IMG/VR virus record: IMGVR_UViG_3300021178_000015
Span: 1-51,496 of that record
Strand: one strand, 5' to 3'
Origin: a virus
Lineage: Duplodnaviria > Caudoviricetes
Length of the DNA stretch: 51,496 bases
The notes beneath the pieces are model-generated. The model saw only the letters and a list, made by a program, of their open reading frames with translations. It made no database searches and had not been told where the DNA came from. Position 1 is the stretch's first letter, and the number at the start of each line of letters is the position of its first letter. Shown here piece after piece: positions 45,295 to 51,496 of this stretch. The translations under genes and the position numbers were made by a program.

Positions 45295-45755
45295 AAATTT
45301 TGGACGTGTCCGCCGGCAACCGCGCTATCTGGTTTGACAAGTCGCACCGTGACGCGCTTTACATTGACGTACGGCCGGAAGTCAAACCAAATATCGTTGC
45401 GGACGCACGAGCGTTGCCGGCGGAGATCGCGGGGCCGTTCGATTTGATTGTGTTCGATCCGCCGCATGAAAATTTTGGCGCAAGCGGCAACATGGTGCGT
45501 AACTACGGTCATTGGACCCATGCGCAAATCAGGGGCATTGTTGAGGGGACGGGCAAGGAAGCGCACCGCGTTGCGACCGTACACGGTTTGAGGGCCCTCA
45601 AGTGGAGTGAGCATTCAATTCGGCTGAAGACGGTTTTGGAACTGCTCGCGCCTTGGTGGGAACCGCTATTTGGTCACGGCGTATCGCACCAACAAAAAGG
45701 CACGTCCTGGGTCATGCTGCGGCGCCGTGCGTATCCATGGGAGCTGGTTGCGTGA
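45291..45755 (+). CDS. SAM-dependent DNA methyltransferase (amino-MTase, DPPH)
   Basis: ILDVSAGNRAIWFDK and FDLIVFDPPH, KWSE, PLFG. Confidence 0.85.
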   Translation: MKILDVSAGNRAIWFDKSHRDALYIDVRPEVKPNIVADARALPAEIAGPFDLIVFDPPHENFGASGNMVRNYGHWTHAQIRGIVEGTGKEAHRVATVHGLRALKWSEHSIRLKTVLELLAPWWEPLFGHGVSHQQKGTSWVMLRRRAYPWELVA

Positions 45756-45961
45756 GTTACCGCCCGTACAAATGCGAAGCATGTAACCACGTCGTACAGC
45801 ATCCATCCATGCTGCGCTCGATACCGCGCTGTCCGAAATGCTACGGTCCGATGGAAAACATGCAAATCGCAGCGGCGTTCGGCGGGCACGGCAAACAGGA
45901 CTATGACCAATATCTGCTAAGTCAACGGCGGGGGCCGACCAATGAGGGCAACACGGATTAA
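45752..45961 (+). CDS. Small Zn-ribbon protein
   Basis: YKCEAC...CPKC; GTGA-coupled. Confidence 0.55.
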   Translation: MSYRPYKCEACNHVVQHPSMLRSIPRCPKCYGPMENMQIAAAFGGHGKQDYDQYLLSQRRGPTNEGNTD

Positions 45962-46044
45962 AGCTTGGCAACACATTTTCGTGATATCTCGTGAGTACAT
46001 GGCCATTGTTGAGCTGATGCACGCGCACGAATGGGAGAAAGACT

Positions 46045-46218
46045 ATGAACGCACCCACAACCATCCAGTACGACCGTATCGTACAGGCGGAAAAGGCGCT
46101 TATTGACGGCGGCTTCGTACGGGACAATCGAAACGCCATCTGGGTGAACGACGCCGGGCAGCGCGCCAAGGTGATGCGCGACAACGTGACGAAGAAATTT
46201 TACATTTTGCAAAAATAG
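46045..46218 (+). CDS. Small hypothetical protein (57 aa)
   Basis: Translated by hand; GGAG RBS. Confidence 0.6.
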   Translation: MNAPTTIQYDRIVQAEKALIDGGFVRDNRNAIWVNDAGQRAKVMRDNVTKKFYILQK

Positions 46219-46280
46219 GGCTTGACGGCGGTTCTGTACGGGTCCATATTGCGTACACACAAACCGCTGGAGAGCGACAA

Positions 46281-46598
46281 ATGACCATCCAAATTAACAC
46301 CGCTGAAGATGCCACCGCAGCCGCACTGTTCAATTCGGCGAATGCCGTTGACGAACTTGGGCTTATCAAGGCGCAGATCGCCGAATTGGAGCAGAAGGAG
46401 GAGGCGCTTACCGAAGCGCTTAAGGCGACCGGCAAGACCAGCTTCGCCGGCACGTTCTTTGACTGCTCGATTTCGCACAGCGAACGCGCCAACTTCGATG
46501 TCAAGCAGCTCCGCGCCGACCTGGGCGAAGATGCTTGCGCGCCGTACGTCAAGGCGCCGACGAAGGTTGTTACGCTGAAGCTGACTGCGAAGAAGTGA
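46281..46598 (+). CDS. Coiled-coil hypothetical protein headed by conserved leader motif
   Basis: TTGACG promoter and CCGCTGGAGAGCGA (46264-46277). Confidence 0.75.
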   Translation: MTIQINTAEDATAAALFNSANAVDELGLIKAQIAELEQKEEALTEALKATGKTSFAGTFFDCSISHSERANFDVKQLRADLGEDACAPYVKAPTKVVTLKLTAKK

Positions 46599-46606
46599 GG
46601 GGCAAC

Positions 46607-46867
46607 ATGGCCAAGAAAGAGCAAGTGAACTGGAACAGCTTCACCAAGGCGGAGCTAATCAAAACCATCCGTACGCTGCATGTGCGACAGACCAAGCTGT
46701 TGAACCGCATTGCAGAGCTGGAGACGAAGCGCGCGCCCGCCATGGAAGACAACCCATACGCTGCCGGGGCCGCCGCGCAGCGGTACCCGTGGGAAACGCA
46801 GCTTGCTAACACCGTCACGTACGAGCCCACCAACGGCAAGCCGAACTGTCGGAAGGAAAATGAATGA
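46607..46867 (+). CDS. Hypothetical coiled-coil protein (contains YPWE)
   Basis: GAGG RBS. Confidence 0.65.
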   Translation: MAKKEQVNWNSFTKAELIKTIRTLHVRQTKLLNRIAELETKRAPAMEDNPYAAGAAAQRYPWETQLANTVTYEPTNGKPNCRKENE

Positions 46868-47052
46868 GCGACGACAAGCCGACAATCGATCTGACGAAGG
46901 CGGAGCAGCCCAGATACGGCGCTGTCAACGCCACTCGGCAGGACCACATTAACCGGCTCCGTACGCGGTGCCGTAATGCCAGCGGCACTAATCCGGCGCT
47001 AGCCGGCGTGCTTATGGGCATCCTTGACTTGCTCGCGGACGACGGGGTATAA
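46864..47052 (+). CDS. Hypothetical protein
   Basis: 62 aa, coupled. Confidence 0.6.
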   Translation: MSDDKPTIDLTKAEQPRYGAVNATRQDHINRLRTRCRNASGTNPALAGVLMGILDLLADDGV

Positions 47053-47090
47053 GCCCCGCCGTACAACCCAACACATTTGGAGCAAACCAC

Positions 47091-47321
47091 ATGCGATTAT
47101 TCTGGCTACTTGTGGCGCTGGCGTGCGCCGTCGTTTACTTCGGCCCGTTCGGCGGATTGGCATCGGCCCAGAATATGAGCGGCATGGGCCGCATCGCGGA
47201 CCCGCCCCCAGCGCCGTATACGCGCGCCGACTTCCAACGTGACTGCATCGCCATGGCGCCCAGGAGCGAACCGGCGCGGCGCGAGTGGATTACGAAGACC
47301 TGCCGCAAGGAAGCGCCCTGA
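47091..47321 (+). CDS. Small exported protein
   Basis: GGAG RBS; hydrophobic N-terminus ending ASA-Q; two Cys in the mature part. Confidence 0.6.
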   Translation: MRLFWLLVALACAVVYFGPFGGLASAQNMSGMGRIADPPPAPYTRADFQRDCIAMAPRSEPARREWITKTCRKEAP

Positions 47322-47778
47322 TGAATGACCGGCCGTACGCCCAACGCTGGGAGATCGACGGCCAGCGCGTCAAGGTCATGTACGCGGTCGGCACCGCCAT
47401 TACGGAGGACATCGCCGAAGCGCTGCTTTGGCGCAAGTGGTACCCGTCGCTTGGGCTACGGTGGGTTGTTATCGCGGTGTCGGCATGACCAACGAAATCT
47501 GGGTCCAACTTCATACGGCAACGTTGGTTTACGAAGGTACCGGTAACCTTGAATGGGTTGCCGTGCCGGAAGTGCAGGTTGATACGTACAAGGCACTAAT
47601 ACGCGATATTGGGCTGCGGCTCGTTTGCGTCGTACGGAGCAAGAAGTAATGAACGACTTCGGCGGGGGCATGCAGGCATTCGGGTACTTGGAACACTGGG
47701 CTGCGCTGTCAGTGTTTGCGATTGGTGGCGTTGCGGTCACCGTGCTTTGCGCCGTAGTGCTTTGGAGGAACCTGCACA

Positions 47779-48078
47779 ATGGATAGCAAGTACTGGGCCG
47801 GTTTGATGGTTATCGCGGGTGCTTGGCTCATTTGGGTTGTACTCATGAGCGTCACGCTACGTCGCCGTCGCTACCCGGCCGTGCATAAAATGGTGTTCAC
47901 GCTTCTAGACGACGCGTACGCGAATGGCTACTTCGAACCTGGGGAGCACAGCCACGGCATGACCGCAGACGAACTGGCATACGATATGACGCTCTACGCG
48001 CCGGACTGCGAAAATCTGCGACCGGAGTTTCTAACTCCGTACGTACGCGCATGGATGCAACAAAAGGGGCTCGAATAA
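47779..48078 (+). CDS. Membrane-anchored hypothetical protein
   Basis: GGAGG RBS; N-terminal TM followed by RRRR. Confidence 0.6.
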   Translation: MDSKYWAGLMVIAGAWLIWVVLMSVTLRRRRYPAVHKMVFTLLDDAYANGYFEPGEHSHGMTADELAYDMTLYAPDCENLRPEFLTPYVRAWMQQKGLE

Positions 48079-48311
48079 TGGACGTGCAGGAATTTTCCAA
48101 GCTCAAGGTTGACGACGTGATACGGAACGAAATGTCCGGCAGCAACGGCGTCATCGTGGAAGTGGAAGGCATGGGCGTACGGGTGCGCTGGCTCGCTTTT
48201 TACGACCCCGCGGTCATACAGCACCCCGGCGCGTCTTCGCCGACGTGGTTTTACAGCGTGCAAGGTACGGCGTGGTTTCATTGGTCTAAGGTGGAGGCAG
48301 AACCGGCGTGA
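48078..48311 (+). CDS. Small KOW/SH3-like protein
   Basis: LKVDDVIRN...GVIVEV...VRVRW; TAATG coupling. Confidence 0.55.
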   Translation: MDVQEFSKLKVDDVIRNEMSGSNGVIVEVEGMGVRVRWLAFYDPAVIQHPGASSPTWFYSVQGTAWFHWSKVEAEPA

Positions 48312-48707
48312 CTTGGATACTCGTACAGGAAAAGGACGGTTGGCTTGCTTGGTACAAAATAGACGCGTCGTACCTTGTCCAAGATATCGAGCTTATCAAG
48401 TGCGTACGGCGCGCAATGGGCGAACCTGTCATTGCCGTGATGCGATTGAAATGACGGCGATACTGCGCCGAGCGCGTGAGCTGCAACCGGGTCACAAGCT
48501 GTTCTTCACGCTCGAAACCGTGATACGGACATTTACCGACCGCATGACGCCGGAAGGCTACGTCAACGTGACGCTGCAAAAGCCGTGCGGGAAGACCCGA
48601 ACGGCGGTCTATAAGACCTACAAGCGAATAAAACTGTACATGGACGCTTGACAACGTTTAAACGGTGCCGTACAAAGGGCCATCTTAACCCCGCTGGAGA
48701 GCGACCC

Positions 48708-49319
48708 ATGCCCAACAATTTCCAAACCCGCGAAGAATGGCTTAACTTCGTTATGGACGAAAGCCGCCCCCGCTTCAAAGAGCTGGGCGCCCCCATCCCT
48801 GCCAAGATACGCCTGAGCGTCGGTTTCACGTCGAACGGTTACCGCGGCAAAGCCATCGGCGAGTGCTGGGACAGCAAGGCATCGGGTGACAAAACCTTTG
48901 AAATCTTTGTCAAGCCCGATCAGGACGAAGCCGTACGCGTCGCCGGTATCTTGGTTCACGAGTGCGTCCACGCCGCGGTCGGTATCGATCATGGTCACAA
49001 GCGGCCGTTCAAGCGCGTTGCCGAAGCCCTGGGTCTTGAGGGCAAGATGACCGCGACCACCGAAGGCGCGGCGTTCAAGGAGTGGATTGCGCCGATCTTG
49101 AAGAAGGCAGGCCCGCTGCCGCACAAGCAGCTCCGTGCTTACCGCACCAAGAAGAAGCAGGGAACGCGATTGCTCAAGTGCGAATGCATAGATTGCGGCT
49201 ACGTCGTCCGTACGACTGCGAAGTGGCTGGACACCGCTGGGGCGCCGTTCTGCGGCACCAAGACACACGGCCGGATGATTTGCGACGAAATCGAAGATGG
49301 TGAAGGAGACGACGAATGA
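48708..49319 (+). CDS. SprT-like zinc metalloprotease
   Basis: IGECW, LVHECVHAAVG...H, C-terminal CIDCGY; leader motif at 48691-48704. Confidence 0.8.
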   Translation: MPNNFQTREEWLNFVMDESRPRFKELGAPIPAKIRLSVGFTSNGYRGKAIGECWDSKASGDKTFEIFVKPDQDEAVRVAGILVHECVHAAVGIDHGHKRPFKRVAEALGLEGKMTATTEGAAFKEWIAPILKKAGPLPHKQLRAYRTKKKQGTRLLKCECIDCGYVVRTTAKWLDTAGAPFCGTKTHGRMICDEIEDGEGDDE

Positions 49320-49615
49320 AACATCGCTTTGAAGTAGCTAACAACATTTGCGCGTGCTGCGGTGCGGCACGCGAAGAAATTGAAGACAACCTCGTACGGA
49401 AGTTTTGCCGCGTCCCGCACGCGGCGAAACAGCGCCGGCAGGCACACAGACGACGGCTCGCCTTAGGGCGGGCCATGCACCAAGTACGGGCGGCGCGCGT
49501 GGGTTACTGGACCCGTGCAGCGAAACTCCGCAAGCCGTGGCGCATTCAAATCCCGCGCATGCTGCGGAAGCATGCTAAGCTGCTGCACCACACGATGGCC
49601 GTTTTGGGCAGTTGA
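49316..49615 (+). CDS. Arg-rich hypothetical protein
   Basis: ATGA-coupled; CACCG. Confidence 0.5.
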   Translation: MKHRFEVANNICACCGAAREEIEDNLVRKFCRVPHAAKQRRQAHRRRLALGRAMHQVRAARVGYWTRAAKLRKPWRIQIPRMLRKHAKLLHHTMAVLGS

Positions 49616-49667
49616 TAGCTGTGCCCCGAACGTGCTATCGTCGGTTCAAATCACGGAGATTTGATCC

Positions 49668-51496
49668 ATGGCTAGCGACGACGCAAGCACGTTCGGCGGT
49701 GACAGCGCCCAGAATGCCACGTTCGGGAGCGGTTTGAACTATATCGGCGGAGGCGGCGCAGACCCGGGGAGCAACGGCGCGGATGTACCGCCGGGCTCCC
49801 CGGCCCCCGTGCAGCCGATGGCTCAGGCTCCGCAGCAATCCGCCCCGTCGTTTGGCAGCATGCTAGGCGGGCCGCGCTACACGCCACCGGACCCGAACAC
49901 GTCACCGCTGGACCAGACCGCGGACACGCTGCAACAGCGCATTCAGCGCGCCAACAGCGTCGCCACCAATCCGATGCTTCAGCTTTTTGACCCCGCTTCG
50001 GTGCAAAAAGCGCGGGACTTCGTGCCGGCGGCAACGGAGCAATTGCAGAAGATCAAGCAACAGAAAGCCGATATCGCAGCGGGCCGCGCCGAAGCATCCA
50101 GCCTCGGGCTCAACCCCGGCGACGCGCCCGACGAAGCCACACACGACGACAGGGTTTCGGTTGCGGTGAACAAGTCGCTGCAAGGCGATCTGAAGACGTT
50201 CAAGGGCCTTTCGGCAGTCGATCCGCAGCGCGCCGCGTCCATTCAAGATCAGGTGCACGAGGCCGCATCTACGCATTTGAACAATGCGCAGCTCGCCTTT
50301 GATAGCCTGTCATCCGTACCAAATCAGGGCCAGTACACCGCGAAGCTCAATCAGCTCCGCAAAGACGGCACCTTGACCGATCTGGAAGCGCTGGGCCTGA
50401 AGCTGCCGGAAAGCTATGACGCGTTTAACGCCAGCAAGCCGGCGGAAGGCGAACAGCTCCGGCAAGCGCGCGTCGGCATGGAAAACCTCAAGGCCAAGAT
50501 TGACGAACGTGGCAACGGTACGCCGATGTCTGCCGACGAACAGAAGACGTACGCCGGCCGGTTGACGACTGAAAGCGGACAGGCGATCAACAACGGTACG
50601 TGGTCGCGGATCAACGGCAAGCGCGTGTACACCGTGAACGGTCAAGGCGACATTCGCGACCTGGGGACCAAGTTCAATTACGCCAACGCGGATCAGCGCA
50701 AGCAGTTTGGCGAAGAAACTGCCGCAGCGGTGCCAAAGACCGACTTGGAAAAAGACCGCAATTTTAACCGCCTCTATTCGATTGCGACGGTGGATGCCAA
50801 GGGCAACGCAATCCCGGCATCTGGCGCCGTGGATGAAAAGGGCAACCGTACGTATTTGAACACCAACCCTAACGTACAGCAAGGCATCGCCGAAGGGCTC
50901 GCCAGCATGCTGCGCGGCGGTTCGGGCGGCGCGACAAGCGGTTTGCTCAATATCGAAACCAGCAAGCGCGGCGCCGTACAAGCCGTGCTTGATAAGATCA
51001 TTTCGAACTATGCCGGCGGCGTCAATACGTTGACGGGCGATCAGGTCAAGCCGTACCTGTCGCAGATGACACAAGAGCAAATGCGCTCGGTTATGGACGG
51101 GCTGAAAGGCTACAACGACAAGGCCATGAGCGACCGGCTGGCGCCGATTGCGCAGCGCGCCGGAGAGCTGGGCCTTGATGCGTCGGCGCTGGGGCTGGGC
51201 AAAGACGAAGTGAAGGGCGTTCAAGACGCCATCGAAGCCGGTCGGCAAAGCACGATTGCCCGCTTCACCGCGCGCTCGCGTGCGATCGGCGGCGGTGATG
51301 GCGGTATTTTTCTCGACAACCCGCCGCCCGTGCTGGTCACGCACCCGGACCACCCGCCGGGCTCCGTACCGGAAGTGCCGCCGCCCGTACAGGGCCAAGG
51401 CGGAGCACCGCAGCCGCTGCCGGGCGCAGCGGGAGGCGGCCAGCCCAGCGGTCCCGGTGGTGGCGGTCCCGGTGGTGGCGGTCCCGGTGGTGGCGG
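49668..51496 (+). CDS. N-terminal part of large DNA-ejection protein (runs off the window; probably joins 1-2211)
   Basis: GGAG RBS and ATG at 49668; frame read as open to the end, finishing in GPGGG repeats; absent from the ORF track because there is no stop. Confidence 0.8.
   Translation, partial: MASDDASTFGGDSAQNATFGSGLNYIGGGGADPGSNGADVPPGSPAPVQPMAQAPQQSAPSFGSMLGGPRYTPPDPNTSPLDQTADTLQQRIQRANSVATNPMLQLFDPASVQKARDFVPAATEQLQKIKQQKADIAAGRAEASSLGLNPGDAPDEATHDDRVSVAVNKSLQGDLKTFKGLSAVDPQRAASIQDQVHEAASTHLNNAQLAFDSLSSVPNQGQYTAKLNQLRKDGTLTDLEALGLKLPESYDAFNASKPAEGEQLRQARVGMENLKAKIDERGNGTPMSADEQKTYAGRLTTESGQAINNGTWSRINGKRVYTVNGQGDIRDLGTKFNYANADQRKQFGEETAAAVPKTDLEKDRNFNRLYSIATVDAKGNAIPASGAVDEKGNRTYLNTNPNVQQGIAEGLASMLRGGSGGATSGLLNIETSKRGAVQAVLDKIISNYAGGVNTLTGDQVKPYLSQMTQEQMRSVMDGLKGYNDKAMSDRLAPIAQRAGELGLDASALGLGKDEVKGVQDAIEAGRQSTIARFTARSRAIGGGDGGIFLDNPPPVLVTHPDHPPGSVPEVPPPVQGQGGAPQPLPGAAGGGQPSGPGGGGPGGGGPGGG
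51450..51496 (+). repeat. 15-bp tandem repeat (ggtcccggtggtggc), right end
   Basis: Three units seen directly. Confidence 0.9.

Larger units (their letters stand above)
1..51496. mobile_element. Near-complete, circularly permuted tailed phage genome (podovirus-like tail; probable Hyphomicrobiales host)
   Basis: Terminase, portal, capsid, tail, lysis and replication genes are all present, with no bacterial housekeeping genes; both ends lie in the same ggtcccggtggtggc repeat. Confidence 0.93.

Noticed and set aside
50310-51398. 362-aa minus-strand ORF
   Set aside because: Antisense shadow of the plus-strand ejection gene starting at 49668
1-51496. Stop-codon reassignment, tRNA genes, integrase or att site
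   Set aside because: Core genes are intact under the standard code using all three stops; no cloverleaf or recombinase motifs were recognised by eye

Overview
The window looks like an essentially complete (~51.5 kb, high-GC) tailed dsDNA phage genome. Both ends break inside the same 15-bp (GGGGP)n repeat, and one large ejection-protein ORF with a lytic-transglycosylase domain appears to span the junction. Virion genes are of podovirus (P22-like tail) type: terminase, portal, GroES-like protein, scaffold, major capsid, gp4/gp10/gp26/gp7-like proteins, tail fibres and a tailspike. They are split into several blocks on both strands. A leftward replication arm carries family-A DNA polymerase, SSB, a Cas4-like exonuclease, an SF2 helicase and a primase-polymerase/AAA helicase, followed by many small early genes. 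I recognised no integrase, tRNA or CRISPR array. A Rhizobiales-type outer-membrane protein and a SuhB/MmgR-like sRNA point to a Hyphomicrobiales (Bradyrhizobium-like) host. Most notable: (1) Cys-rich tail or receptor-binding proteins carrying Sec-type signal peptides, two of them translationally coupled to Cys-free paralogous adaptors; (2) a phage-borne SuhB/MmgR-like anti-SD sRNA; (3) a recurrent [YFL]PW[EQ] peptide at the termini of many unrelated proteins; (4) dispersed regulatory motifs (CCGCTGGAGAGCGA leaders, TGTATGACA operators, GTTTAAAC excess). All product calls come from motif recognition by eye; no database searches were run.
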